Program-made: the position numbers and the translations under genes | Source: Alphaproteobacteria bacterium | Lineage (GTDB): Bacteria > Pseudomonadota > Alphaproteobacteria > JBFXJJ01 | DNA: 64,000 bases | Direction: 5' to 3' | Assembly (NCBI GenBank): GCA_050175015.1 | Contig: JBFXJJ010000012.1 | Coordinates: 22,549-86,548 of the forward strand | Shown: piece after piece, positions 19,268-29,764 of the stretch | Numbering within the stretch: position 1 is the first letter of the stretch | Layout of the letters: every line of letters starts with the position of its first letter | The notes under the pieces: model-generated | Seen by the model: the letters and a program-made list of their open reading frames with translations, nothing else | What the model was told of the DNA's origin: nothing | Databases searched by the model: none

Positions 19268-20653
19268 TTAAAATTCGATGTTGTTTGGTGTTCTTGGATA
19301 AGGAATAACGTCTCTAATATTAGAGATGCCTGTAACTAACATCAAAAGACGTTCGAAGCCCAGCCCAAAACCTGCGTGCGGGGCAGAACCGTACTTTCTA
19401 GAATCAAGGTACCACCAGTAATCATTTTCGTTAAGTTTGCACTCAGTCATACGATTTTTTAGAACATCAAGCCTTTCTTCTCTTTGACTTCCACCAATAA
19501 TTTCTCCGATACCAGCAACTAAAACGTCCATAGCTGCAACTGTACGGTTATCATCGTTAAGTCTCATATAGAAAGATTTAATTTCTTTAGGATAATTATA
19601 AACAATCACAGGTTTTTTAAAGTATTCACCCGTTAAAAACTGTTCGTGTTCTGATTGGAGGTCTTTGCCAAAGCCAACAGGGAATTCAAATTTATCTTTG
19701 TGTTCCTCCAGAATTTTCATAGCATCTTCGTAAGTAATGCGGACAAAATCATTGTTAACAATAACTTTTAACCTTTCAATAAGCTCTTTATCAACAAAGT
19801 TTGCAAAAATCTCGAGGTCATCAGCGCATTCTTCAAGAGCATATTTTGCCAGATATTTTATAAACTCTTCAGCCAAATCCATATCGCCATTTAGATCACA
19901 AAAAGCCATTTCGGGTTCAATCATCCAAAATTCTGCGGCGTGGCGTCTGGTATTTGAATTCTCAGCTCTGAAAGTTGGGCCAAAAGTGTAAACATCGCCT
20001 AAAGACAGAGCAAACATTTCTACTGCAAGCTGTCCCGAGACAGTTAAGCTTACTTCTTTGCCAAAAAAATCGTTGGTAAAATCAATTTTACCTTCATTCT
20101 TTGGAATATTGTTAAGGTCTAAAGTGGTAACTCTGAACATTTCTCCAGCACCTTCGCAGTCCGACGAAGTTATAATTGGAGTATGAACATAACGAAATTC
20201 TTTTTCCTTAAAAAATTTATGAATAGCATAAGACATTTCAGATCTAATTCGAAAAGCTGCTCCGTATTTATTGGTGCGAGGACGTAAGTGAGCGATTGTT
20301 CTCAAGTATTCATCAGTATGTCCTTTTTTCTGCAAAGGAAATGTGTCTGGCGCTAAATCGATGATAACAACATCTTTGGCTTCAACTTCATACTTTTGTT
20401 TTCCGCCTTTTGAAGCAACTAAGGCTCCTGTTACGGCTACAGCCGAACCCGTTGAAATCTTTTTTATTTCTTTTTCATAATTAGAAAGGTTTCCGCTTGC
20501 AATTACCTGAATGTTTTTAAGGCAGGAGCCGTCATTTATTTCGATAAAGGAAAAATCTTTAGCATCACGTTTAGTTCTAACCCAGCCTTTAATAAGAACT
20601 TCATTAATAGGAGAGGGGGCATCTAAAAGTTTTTTTATTTTGGTTCTTTCCAT
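19268..20653 (-). CDS. asnS: Asparagine--tRNA ligase
   Basis: GWVRTKR, INDGS, HLRPRTN, DCEGAGE, LTVSGQL, FRAENSNT.RH.AEFWM, GEIIGGSQRE, GFGLGFERL; ATG at 20653 preferred over track start 20707. Confidence 0.96.
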   Translation of the reverse strand: MERTKIKKLLDAPSPINEVLIKGWVRTKRDAKDFSFIEINDGSCLKNIQVIASGNLSNYEKEIKKISTGSAVAVTGALVASKGGKQKYEVEAKDVVIIDLAPDTFPLQKKGHTDEYLRTIAHLRPRTNKYGAAFRIRSEMSYAIHKFFKEKEFRYVHTPIITSSDCEGAGEMFRVTTLDLNNIPKNEGKIDFTNDFFGKEVSLTVSGQLAVEMFALSLGDVYTFGPTFRAENSNTRRHAAEFWMIEPEMAFCDLNGDMDLAEEFIKYLAKYALEECADDLEIFANFVDKELIERLKVIVNNDFVRITYEDAMKILEEHKDKFEFPVGFGKDLQSEHEQFLTGEYFKKPVIVYNYPKEIKSFYMRLNDDNRTVAAMDVLVAGIGEIIGGSQREERLDVLKNRMTECKLNENDYWWYLDSRKYGSAPHAGFGLGFERLLMLVTGISNIRDVIPYPRTPNNIEF

Positions 20654-20976
20654 GGGGGTGATTGTCCTTATAAAAGTTAAAAAAATATCAAATTGCAACG
20701 AAAACAAACATAAAAATATAGCTTGTTGGGAGCTTTTTAATTGTTTTAGAGATTAAACTACTGAATATAAAAAATATGATTATTTTTATTAAATAGCAAT
20801 ACTGTCTTTTGGCTCTTTAAATAATTTTCCTAGATTGTTTTTTGTTGTTCAAAAGATAGTGTTTTATTGCCAATATTATGTGCGTAAAAAAGCAAGAACT
20901 GTTTTAGCCAAAAGGCAAAACAAAAACATACCCCGCAAGACCTTTATCATAAGGCAAACAGGCAAAAATTTAATAA

Positions 20977-21168
20977 TTATAAATCTTGTTTTATTTTTTC
21001 AAAAACACGTTGAGCATCTTCAAGTGTGGGATATACATTTCCAACTTTTTGCCCAGTAAGCGTTTTGATAATGTAGGAAGAACGAAAAACTCTTAGATAT
21101 TCATCAGTCTCATCTTGGCGACATAATTGATAGCCGCCAAAATTCTCTACAACGGTAAGATTGCTCAT
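20977..21168 (-). CDS. Hypothetical protein (63 aa)
   Basis: ATG 5 nt after the upstream stop; operon-like spacing. Confidence 0.55.
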   Translation of the reverse strand: MSNLTVVENFGGYQLCRQDETDEYLRVFRSSYIIKTLTGQKVGNVYPTLEDAQRVFEKIKQDL

Positions 21169-21173
21169 AATAG

Positions 21174-21467
21174 TTATTTTTTATCAAAGCCTACGATAGG
21201 AACAGAATAAGCTCTTTCAAAATCACCGTCATCACCCATTTCACAGACTAGGAGCTCTTTATTGCTGTTTAGATTTTCAACAATATTTTGCGGAACATCG
21301 GTCAATTTAATTGGCATATCAGATTTGCGATAAAATAAGGCAACACTTTTGCCGTCAAATAATAAGCGAGAGTTTTCAGGTTCGCCATTATAGGCATTTA
21401 TAACCAACATAACTTCTCCGTCTTTATTGACAATAAAGTCATAAGAGCTTTCGTTTACGATTTGCAT
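21174..21467 (-). CDS. Hypothetical acidic protein (97 aa)
   Basis: Globular-looking composition; co-oriented 21 nt after the 819-aa gene. Confidence 0.7.
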   Translation of the reverse strand: MQIVNESSYDFIVNKDGEVMLVINAYNGEPENSRLLFDGKSVALFYRKSDMPIKLTDVPQNIVENLNSNKELLVCEMGDDGDFERAYSVPIVGFDKK

Positions 21468-21488
21468 ATTTAGTCCAGTAATTTAGGG

Positions 21489-23948
21489 TTAACGAGAACT
21501 GCCAAAAATACGTTTAAGGCTATTAATAGTTCTACTACTTTTTGCTGCATTGTCAATAACATCGCTTAAACCACCCGTTCTATGTCCCGAAACCGTTCTA
21601 ATGGCTTTGTCAACACCGCGTGCTGTTTGCTCAACACCTTGAGCCACTTTTTGAGCACCATCAGTAACATTTCCATCTTGGATTTTTTCAACCCCAGCTG
21701 TCATTCTATCAACGCCGCCGGAAGTTTCTGTCATTGCTCGTCCAGTTCTAGCTGCTTTATAAGCTGCATCTCTAGCATCACCAAGAACTTCTCCGCCTTT
21801 GTCACTGATGCCCCAGTCATTGTTAATGCTTTGAGCGTTTCTAACTCTAGCGCCGATATCTCTGCCCATTTGAGTAGCTTCTTTTGAAACATCACTTACC
21901 GAGCGATTAGTATCTCTAACAGCTTGGTTAACATCTTTAACAGATGTTCCACTGGTTTGAGAGTGATTTTCTACAGGAGCCGTTCTAACAGCATCAGCTT
22001 GAGCAGTATGGTCTACCGCGGCACTATGATCAACGGCCGCAGCCCCAGTATGATTATATGCATTGCCATAACTTGTCTTAACGGTACCTTTAGCAAAATC
22101 ATATTCAGAGGTAACAGCATTATCAGTTGTATGCATATTGATACGATGTTTAACCGCTGCATTTAAAGCTTCATCAGGAGTAAGTCCAGGATTTGCTTGG
22201 TGTAAAACAGAAGCTTCTTTAGCTAAGGCCTCACCTGCAACATCTTCTAGTGTTGGCTGCGGTTCTCTGAATGATGATATCATATCATTCATTTCTTTTT
22301 GGTTTTCGACGATTCGATTAAAGGTACTTCTATCATTAATCATAAGGTCAATAACATCATTAGGATTATTAGGGTTAAAATTATCTAGTTTTACAACTTC
22401 AACACCATTATGTGTCATAACAAAGCTTGAATGAGTGCTATGGTTGAAATATTCGTCACCTAAGTAATCGGTAATTTTATCAGAAATATCTGAATAACTA
22501 TCGTACCCGCCAGGAATCTGTGCTGCGGCAATAATATCGTGACCACCACCAGTATTAGCACCTGTGTCAACATCTGCACCGCCGTTTCCACCATGTCCAC
22601 CTGAAACAGGAAGAACACCGCCAGCAGAATGCCCATCAGAGCCAATAACATTATCCGCTAAATCTTTAGCGTTTCTACCAGCATCAATAATATTGTTATG
22701 ATCAAGGCTGCCGTCAGCAGGAGTGTTTAAGCCACTATGATCGTGAGCTGTGCCAAATATTTTATCATTCATATTATTGAAAGTTTCTTTAGTACTTTCA
22801 ACCGTTTCATTAATACCTAAAGCATTTCCCATTTCGGTTGCTTTATCGCTAATGAATTCACTGACACCAAATTGTTTGCCCAAATTACCACCAAGAATAC
22901 TTGCTGCGGTTGTTGTGCCAAGAGCCAGTATTGTATTGCCAATAAGTTTTTTCTTCTTGGCTGCACGTTCTTCGGGTGAAAGTTTTTCTAAAGCGAGTCG
23001 CTTCTCTTCTGCCCGCTTGGTTTCTTTGCCGGTTATTAATTTATAAACTTTATCTAAAGCACCACTCTTATAAAGCAATGCGGCACCGCCTATTGCCATA
23101 CCTGCAACTGGTCCAGCTATAGCTGAAGCACCAATAACAGCACCTTGCAAGGCAACACGGCTTGCAAATTTAACCCAAGGTTTAAAAGCTCCTTGCTTAT
23201 CGACAAATTCAGTAGGAAGCTTTGATTCATCAAGACCTTTAGCCAAGAAAGGTTCTAATTTTTCAGCAATAACCTTATCAAGTCCTCTTTCAGATGCTTG
23301 TTTTCTTAAGGCGCTAATGGCTTCTATTTCTTTAACATTTGGAAACTTACGGTTAGATATCTCAAGCTTAGCCAGATCAGAAAGAATTTTATTGTTTTTC
23401 TTTTCTTTTAATTCTTTTCTTAAATCAAGAACGCCTCTAACTGCACCTACCGTCAACATAACTCCAGGAGTTATATAAGCTGCAGTTGATGCTGCAACTC
23501 CTGCGGTTAAAGCATATTCCGTTGCAGCTTTACCAACAGCAACAGCACCGCCTACGATGGCGGCATTTTTCAAAGCATAAGATACGGATTGTTTATCAAC
23601 ATAATCAGCTAATTTAAAGAAAGGTCCTTTTCTTTCAGGCTTTTTCTGGTTCGTTCCACTCTCAACGACGCTTAAGCCTTCTTTATTAAGAAACTCTGCA
23701 ACTTTTTCGCCGCCTTCCTGTTTCTTTTCAGTTTTAACAGCGGTTTCTTTTGATGGATTTTCAAGCTGATTGCGGTAAAAATCAACAATAGAATCTAACC
23801 CAGAACTCTTAGAAGGTTGTTTTGCTGGTTCTTTTTTTTGTTCTACAGAATTTAATTCTTCTAACAATTCGTTAAGAGTAAACAGGTCAAAATCGTTATT
23901 GTTATTTTGTTGTTCCATAGTTTTATGCTCCATACAGTAAGCAGACAT
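21489..23948 (-). CDS. Large hypothetical protein with Gly/Ala-rich hydrophobic segments
   Basis: 819-aa ORF; hydrophobic helices at about aa 128-170, 265-295 and 335-355; no signal peptide; true start may be a downstream Met. Confidence 0.8.
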   Translation of the reverse strand: MSAYCMEHKTMEQQNNNNDFDLFTLNELLEELNSVEQKKEPAKQPSKSSGLDSIVDFYRNQLENPSKETAVKTEKKQEGGEKVAEFLNKEGLSVVESGTNQKKPERKGPFFKLADYVDKQSVSYALKNAAIVGGAVAVGKAATEYALTAGVAASTAAYITPGVMLTVGAVRGVLDLRKELKEKKNNKILSDLAKLEISNRKFPNVKEIEAISALRKQASERGLDKVIAEKLEPFLAKGLDESKLPTEFVDKQGAFKPWVKFASRVALQGAVIGASAIAGPVAGMAIGGAALLYKSGALDKVYKLITGKETKRAEEKRLALEKLSPEERAAKKKKLIGNTILALGTTTAASILGGNLGKQFGVSEFISDKATEMGNALGINETVESTKETFNNMNDKIFGTAHDHSGLNTPADGSLDHNNIIDAGRNAKDLADNVIGSDGHSAGGVLPVSGGHGGNGGADVDTGANTGGGHDIIAAAQIPGGYDSYSDISDKITDYLGDEYFNHSTHSSFVMTHNGVEVVKLDNFNPNNPNDVIDLMINDRSTFNRIVENQKEMNDMISSFREPQPTLEDVAGEALAKEASVLHQANPGLTPDEALNAAVKHRINMHTTDNAVTSEYDFAKGTVKTSYGNAYNHTGAAAVDHSAAVDHTAQADAVRTAPVENHSQTSGTSVKDVNQAVRDTNRSVSDVSKEATQMGRDIGARVRNAQSINNDWGISDKGGEVLGDARDAAYKAARTGRAMTETSGGVDRMTAGVEKIQDGNVTDGAQKVAQGVEQTARGVDKAIRTVSGHRTGGLSDVIDNAAKSSRTINSLKRIFGSSR

Positions 23949-24129
23949 ATTTATACTTTGTGTTTAATATTACCATATAGACAAAATATGTCTATAGTTT
24001 TTTTGCCACAGTTAACTAAAAAAGAACCTTATGTTAGTGTGTTCAGCTTGTTTTGAGACAAAATGGTCGACGGCATGAAATGTTTTTAGTTAATCATTTT
24101 AGCGTAATTTTTTTAGTTATTATAGAAAC

Positions 24130-24158
24130 AAAAAAGTCCCATACTTCTATGAGACTTT
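24130..24158 (-). terminator. Intrinsic terminator downstream of rocD
   Basis: Minus strand AAAGTCTCATA-GAAG-TATGGGACTTT followed by a T tract. Confidence 0.65.
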
Positions 24159-24187
24159 ATCGTTAATAATATTATGCAGATATTTCT

Positions 24188-25390
24188 TTAGGCGTTTTCA
24201 ACTTCTTTGAGAACGCTCTCTATTTGTTCAACAGCCCAATCGATTTGTTCTTTAGTTATGACTAAGGGAGGGGCAAAACGTATGGTTGTTTTATGGGTTT
24301 CTTTAGCAAGAATGCCTTTTTTCATAAGTCTTAAGCAGACATCTTTAGCGTCAGCTTTGTCAGCATAAAACTCCGCACCAATCCAAAGTCCGATACCTCT
24401 AATTTCTTTGAAAAGCGGAGTTTTTATTGCTTTAAGTTTTTCAACAAAATATTTGCCAAGCTTAGCGCTGTTGTCAACCAAACCTTCTTCTTGGAGGACA
24501 TTGATTGCTTCTAATGCTACTCTAGCTGCAAGAGGGTTGCCGCCAAAAGTTGAGCCGTGGCTTCCTGGTGTGAATAGTTTTAAGACCGCATCTTTACCAA
24601 CAACAGCAGATACAGGCATCATACCGCCGCCTAAAGCTTTGCCTAAAATAACGAGGTCAGGAGTTATATCTTCGTGGTTAAAGCAAAACAATTTTCCTGT
24701 TCTGCCAAGACCAGATTGAACTTCATCAAGAACCATTAGGACATTATTTTTATCACAAATTTCGCGAATTTTTTTGAGATATCCTTTAGGTGGAACGATG
24801 ATTCCAGCCTCACCTTGAACAGGTTCAATTAAAACCGCGCAAGTATTGGGAGTAATAGCCTTTGCAATAGCTTCAGCATCACCGAAAGGAACGGTTTTAA
24901 AGCCGTCTGTGAACGGTGCAAACCCATCTTTTGTTCCAAAATCAGAAGAAAACCCAATTATCGTAGTTGTACGTCCGTGGAAGTTGCCTTCAGCCGTAAT
25001 AATTTCAGCTTTGCCTTCGGGAATATTTTTAACCTTATAGCCCCACAATCTTGAAGCTTTAATTGCGGTTTCTACGCCTTCAGCGCCTGTATTCATAGGC
25101 AGAACTCTATCAAGCCTTGTTATTTCACATAGTTTTTTTTCATAAGGTCCTAAGTGAGTGTTATAAAAGGCTCTTGAAACAATAGCTAAATTTCCAGCTT
25201 GCTCCTGAAAGATTTTAACTAATCTAGGGTGGCTATGACCGTGACTTACCGCAGAATATGCGCTCATCATATCAAGATATTTTTTGCCGTCTTCGTCCCA
25301 AAGCCAAACTCCCTCTCCTTTTGCCAGCACAACAGGCAGAGGTTTGTAGTTAAAACAGCCGTATTTGTTTTCAAGCTCGATAGCGTTCAT
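24188..25390 (-). CDS. rocD: Ornithine--oxo-acid transaminase
   Basis: NYKPLPVV, SAYSAVSHGH, MNTGAEGVETA, FHGRT, DEVQSGLGRTG, LGKALGGG, HGSTFGGNPL. Confidence 0.95.
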   Translation of the reverse strand: MNAIELENKYGCFNYKPLPVVLAKGEGVWLWDEDGKKYLDMMSAYSAVSHGHSHPRLVKIFQEQAGNLAIVSRAFYNTHLGPYEKKLCEITRLDRVLPMNTGAEGVETAIKASRLWGYKVKNIPEGKAEIITAEGNFHGRTTTIIGFSSDFGTKDGFAPFTDGFKTVPFGDAEAIAKAITPNTCAVLIEPVQGEAGIIVPPKGYLKKIREICDKNNVLMVLDEVQSGLGRTGKLFCFNHEDITPDLVILGKALGGGMMPVSAVVGKDAVLKLFTPGSHGSTFGGNPLAARVALEAINVLQEEGLVDNSAKLGKYFVEKLKAIKTPLFKEIRGIGLWIGAEFYADKADAKDVCLRLMKKGILAKETHKTTIRFAPPLVITKEQIDWAVEQIESVLKEVENA

Positions 25391-25453
25391 GTGAACTCCA
25401 TAAAAAGAATGATGTTAATTTATATTTAGAAATTTAAAAATTAAGATTGACGC

Positions 25454-26134
25454 CTATTCCGTGGTCTTGTCAATTACGATTTTTATGATTTCCTCAACTG
25501 TTTTTTCTGCTCCAACCGCTACTTCATAAATTCCTTGAGCTAGCATATAGCAAGGGCAGGTTATGATTTTGTTTTTATAATCAATACATATTTCTGTGGC
25601 TGAGCATTCTTTATGTTTAGCGCCAGTTTTTTCGATTTCTATAGCTGTTGCTTCATCATTTCCGATTGTTACGGTAATATGCTTGTGGCCAAGAACTCTA
25701 GCAATTAATGCTGGTGCAATACAAAGAGCCCCAATAGGTTTTTGGGCATCAAAAGTTGTTTCGATAACTTTTTGAACCTCATCGTTAACATTAGAATCAG
25801 CACCTTTTACCGCAAAGTTGCAAAGATTTAGGGCTGCCCCAAAGCCGCCAGGAAAAATTATACCATCGAAATCTTTAACAGAATATTCGGTTAAAGGTTT
25901 TATATCGCCTCTAGCAATTCTTGCCGACTCGGATAGAACATTTCTTGAAACAGGTTCTATTTTTTTTGAATAATGATTTTTGACAAAATGCTGTTCAATG
26001 TCAGGAGCAAAACACTGATATTCCGCTTTAAGCTTATTAATAGCTAGAAGAGCCAGTGTTGCTTCGTGAATCTCACTGCCGTCAAATACTCCGCAGCCTG
26101 ATAAAACTACGGCAAGTTTAACTTTTTTCTCCAT
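25454..26134 (-). CDS. elbB: ElbB/ES1-family glyoxalase (DJ-1 superfamily)
   Basis: VLSGCGVFDGSEIHE, ESARIARG, PGGFGAA.NL, CIAP. Confidence 0.93.
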   Translation of the reverse strand: MEKKVKLAVVLSGCGVFDGSEIHEATLALLAINKLKAEYQCFAPDIEQHFVKNHYSKKIEPVSRNVLSESARIARGDIKPLTEYSVKDFDGIIFPGGFGAALNLCNFAVKGADSNVNDEVQKVIETTFDAQKPIGALCIAPALIARVLGHKHITVTIGNDEATAIEIEKTGAKHKECSATEICIDYKNKIITCPCYMLAQGIYEVAVGAEKTVEEIIKIVIDKTTE

Positions 26135-26243
26135 AAAAACATTGCTCCCTATTTTTTGTTTAGAAATTATTGACTTTTAAGATGTAAATAAGAATAACAG
26201 AAAGATAATAATGGAAAAATAATAAATTAAGGTTTTTAAGAAA

Positions 26244-27806
26244 ATGAAGTTTTTGTCTGATGGCTACAATAAAATAGAAGGTAATAATATGAAATCAGGG
26301 GAATCCTACGCTCGTTTAGAAAAAATATTTGATAGAATTAATAATCTTGAAGAGGCAGAACTTTATTTAAAATGGGATAGGTCAGCAATGATGCCTCCTG
26401 GAGGAGCAAGAAGGCGAACCGAACATATTTCAGAAATAAGACTAGTTATTGCCGAGATGCTTTCACAGCCAGAGGTCGAGGAATGGCTTGATGAAGTTGA
26501 GGCTGAGAAATCTAGCTTTGATGAATGGCAACAAGCAAATATAAGAGAGATGAGAAGACTTTGGCTCCATACCTCTTCAATTCCTGCCGATTTAGCAAGA
26601 GAATTCTCAAGTGTTTGTTCCAAGACAGAAAGCCTGTGGTATAACGCTAAAAAAAGCGGTAACTTTAACGATGTTATGCCAACTTTTGGCAGATTAGTTG
26701 ATGTTATAAAAGAAATGGCAACAATTAAGTCTGAAAAATTCAATCTTACTAAATATGAAGTTTTATATGATATTTTTGAACCCAACGGCAGTGAAGAAAA
26801 CCTTGACCATATTTTTGGTGATTTAGAGGTTTTTCTCCCAGAATTTATTGAAAAAGTGAAAGTTTATCAGAATCAAAAAAACAATGGAATGAAGCCCCAA
26901 AAACCTAGAGGATTTTTTAGTGAAACGTCTCAGAAAAATTTAGGTATGCGCTTAATGGAGGCTGTTGGTTTTGATTTCAATCACGGCAGAGTAGATCCTG
27001 TTATGCACCCGTTTTGTGGAGGGGCGCCAGAAGATTTAAGAATAACAACTCGTTATGATACTGGTGATTTTACTAAGAATTTGACCGCCGTTATGCACGA
27101 AGTTGGCCACGCCATTTATAAATCTGATTTGCCTGAAAAATGGCGGACACAACCCGTCGGAAAAGCTAGAGGCCAAGGAATACACGAAAGCCAGTCTTTA
27201 ATGCTTGAAAGATTTATTGTTTATTCCAAAGAGTTTATGGATTTTGCCAAACCACTATTTAAGGAGTATCTGAACGCTGACAACAGTCCTGAATGGAGTA
27301 CCGAAAATCTTTGCCGTTGTTACCGCTGGGTTGAACCATCATATATCAGAATTGAAGCTGATGAAGTTACGTATCCACTGCATATTATTTTGCGTTATAA
27401 GTTAGAAAAAGCTCTGATTTATGATCAAATAACAACCAAAGATGTTCCCGAATTTTTCAATACGAATATGAAAAAACTTTTAGGGATAACTCCTCGTAAT
27501 GATAAAGAAGGCTGTTTGCAGGATATTCATTGGTATGCTGGAGACTTTGGCTATTTTCCAACCTATAGTTTAGGCGCAATTAATACGGCACAGCTATTTA
27601 AGGCAATATTAAAAGATTATCCCGATATTATGGAAAGAATTAAAAAAGGTGATTTCTTAACACTTATGTCTTGGCTTAGAGATAAAGTTCATAGAAGAGC
27701 GTCATTGCTTCTCAAGAATGATTTAATTCAAGAAGTTACAGGCGAAAACTTAAATATCAACCATTATAAGGAATATCTTACACAGCGTTATTTGGGAGAT
27801 GCATAG
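26244..27806 (+). CDS. M32 carboxypeptidase (Taq-like)
   Basis: HPF, RITTRY, HEVGH, HESQS, IRIEADE, GCLQDIHW, GYFPTY; start may be 26289. Confidence 0.95.
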   Translation: MKFLSDGYNKIEGNNMKSGESYARLEKIFDRINNLEEAELYLKWDRSAMMPPGGARRRTEHISEIRLVIAEMLSQPEVEEWLDEVEAEKSSFDEWQQANIREMRRLWLHTSSIPADLAREFSSVCSKTESLWYNAKKSGNFNDVMPTFGRLVDVIKEMATIKSEKFNLTKYEVLYDIFEPNGSEENLDHIFGDLEVFLPEFIEKVKVYQNQKNNGMKPQKPRGFFSETSQKNLGMRLMEAVGFDFNHGRVDPVMHPFCGGAPEDLRITTRYDTGDFTKNLTAVMHEVGHAIYKSDLPEKWRTQPVGKARGQGIHESQSLMLERFIVYSKEFMDFAKPLFKEYLNADNSPEWSTENLCRCYRWVEPSYIRIEADEVTYPLHIILRYKLEKALIYDQITTKDVPEFFNTNMKKLLGITPRNDKEGCLQDIHWYAGDFGYFPTYSLGAINTAQLFKAILKDYPDIMERIKKGDFLTLMSWLRDKVHRRASLLLKNDLIQEVTGENLNINHYKEYLTQRYLGDA

Positions 27807-27809
27807 TTC

Positions 27810-28337
27810 TTGAAAAGTTTTTATCCGACACCAGAAGAAAGAGCCGAGCTTGTTGTTAAAAAGCTTGAAATGGTAATTCGCAAAGGTCGTGATGAAACGG
27901 CTAAAAAAGTAGTTATGCCTGATCAGTCTGTCCATATGATGCAGGGGATATCGTATAAAAAATGGCAGGAAGCAGCTAAAGTGGAGATTGCATATGCCAT
28001 AAGAAACGCCGTACTTGATGAAGTTAAAAGCAGTAGAATGATACAAGCATTTTTAATGATTGCGGGTTCGTGCTGTGCGACTTTAGGCTTTCTTGGAATT
28101 GGCGTGGTTTGGGGCAATATGCCTAAAATTTTGATTGCGGTTGCAGCGATTGCAACTGGAGCTTTTTTGCTGTTTTTAGGTCTTACATGGTTTGTAAGCG
28201 GAAGTATTGGCAAGATTATAAGCGACCAACGCAAAGCAAAAATAGCTAGAATCAACAATCTTAATGAGCAGATAAAAAAAATGGAAAGCTATTTGCTTTC
28301 ACGAAAAGATTATTTAAAAAACAACATAGATACTTAA
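27810..28337 (+). CDS. Hypothetical membrane protein (2 TM, C-terminal coiled coil)
   Basis: Fills the gap between M32 and thrC; two hydrophobic helices; TTG start uncertain. Confidence 0.65.
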   Translation: MKSFYPTPEERAELVVKKLEMVIRKGRDETAKKVVMPDQSVHMMQGISYKKWQEAAKVEIAYAIRNAVLDEVKSSRMIQAFLMIAGSCCATLGFLGIGVVWGNMPKILIAVAAIATGAFLLFLGLTWFVSGSIGKIISDQRKAKIARINNLNEQIKKMESYLLSRKDYLKNNIDT

Positions 28338-28348
28338 AAAACAGGTGT

Positions 28349-29764
28349 TTGAAAATGGATTATATCAGCACAAGAGGCAAAGCCAAACAGCTAGATTTTT
28401 GTGAGGTTTTACTTGAAGGACTGGCCACAGACGGCGGTCTTTATATGCCAGTTAACTGGCCAGATTTTTCTTTTGATAAAATTAAAAATTTGCAAGGACT
28501 TTCATATCAAGATTTAGCTTTTGAGATAATGCAGCCGTTTGTTGCGCCTGCTTTAAGCTATAACAAATTAAAAAAGGCTATTTATTCTGCGGTATCAAGC
28601 TTTAATCACAAAGCGGTTACACCTTTGATTCAGATTGGTGATAATGACTGGATTATGGAACTATACCACGGCAAAACACTGGCGTTTAAAGATCACGCCT
28701 TGCAGCTTCTTGGACAGTTGTTTGATATTATTTTAGAAGATAAAAAGGATAGAGTTACGATTGTTGGGGCAACTTCTGGGGATACTGGTTCCGCAGCCAT
28801 TGAAGCTTGTAAAAATTGTAAAAACGTTGATATTTTTATCCTGCACCCTAAAGGTCGTGTTTCTGATGTCCAGCGCAGACAAATGACAACAGTTGATAGT
28901 GCTAATGTCTTTAATATTGCGATAGAAGGCGATTTTGATGATTGCCAGAATTTAGTTAAAGCTCTGTTTGGTGATGAAGCTTTTCGCAGAAAACTTAAAC
29001 TTTCTGCCATCAATTCTATTAATTGGGCAAGAATTATGGCTCAGATTGTTTATTATTTTAGAGCGGGAACCGCACTTGGAGCTCCAGACAAGAAGCCTTA
29101 TTTCGTTGTCCCGACGGGCAACTTTGGCAATATCTTTGCGGGGTTTGCCGCCCATAAAATGGGTCTGCCGGTATCCCAACTAGTTGTGGCATCAAACGCT
29201 AATGATATTCTGCACCGTTTTTTTGAAACGGCGGTTATGCAGAAGCATCAAGTCGTTCCATCATTGAGTCCGTCAATGGATATTCAAATTTCATCAAATT
29301 TTGAAAGATTGCTTTTTGAGATTTTTAATCGTGATTCATCAAAAGTCTGTTCGGTTATGGAGAAGTTTTCATTAAGCGGAAAATATGAAGTTGAATCAGA
29401 GGTTTTAAGCGAGACTAAAACCCTTTTTGCTAGCGGCAGATGCAGTGATGACGAAACAAAAGAGGAAATTAAGCGGGTGTATCAAGAAACAGGCGTTTTG
29501 ATAGATCCTCACACCGCAGTTGGAGTTTTTACGGCTAAAAAGTTAAAGGATAGAGATTTCAAAGAACCTCTTGTGGTTTTATCTACGGCTCACCCTGCAA
29601 AATTTCCTGATGCGGTAAAAGCTGCGACGGGAAAAGAACCAAAGCTTCCTCCCTTTTTAAAAGATTTGTTCATAAAACAAGAAAAATATATAACGCTTGA
29701 TAAAAATATTGATAAACTGAAAAGCATTATTATCAGTAACTCTCGTGTAACTAGAGGCGAATAA
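28349..29764 (+). CDS. thrC: Threonine synthase
   Basis: YISTRG, GLATDGGL, TLAFKD (PLP Lys), GATSGDTG, NSINWAR, VPTGNFGN, TAHPAKF. Confidence 0.96.
   Translation: MKMDYISTRGKAKQLDFCEVLLEGLATDGGLYMPVNWPDFSFDKIKNLQGLSYQDLAFEIMQPFVAPALSYNKLKKAIYSAVSSFNHKAVTPLIQIGDNDWIMELYHGKTLAFKDHALQLLGQLFDIILEDKKDRVTIVGATSGDTGSAAIEACKNCKNVDIFILHPKGRVSDVQRRQMTTVDSANVFNIAIEGDFDDCQNLVKALFGDEAFRRKLKLSAINSINWARIMAQIVYYFRAGTALGAPDKKPYFVVPTGNFGNIFAGFAAHKMGLPVSQLVVASNANDILHRFFETAVMQKHQVVPSLSPSMDIQISSNFERLLFEIFNRDSSKVCSVMEKFSLSGKYEVESEVLSETKTLFASGRCSDDETKEEIKRVYQETGVLIDPHTAVGVFTAKKLKDRDFKEPLVVLSTAHPAKFPDAVKAATGKEPKLPPFLKDLFIKQEKYITLDKNIDKLKSIIISNSRVTRGE

Noticed and set aside
20654-20707. N-terminal extension of AsnS in the ORF track
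   Set aside because: The family begins at about MERTKIKK (ATG 20653), which has an AGGA RBS upstream
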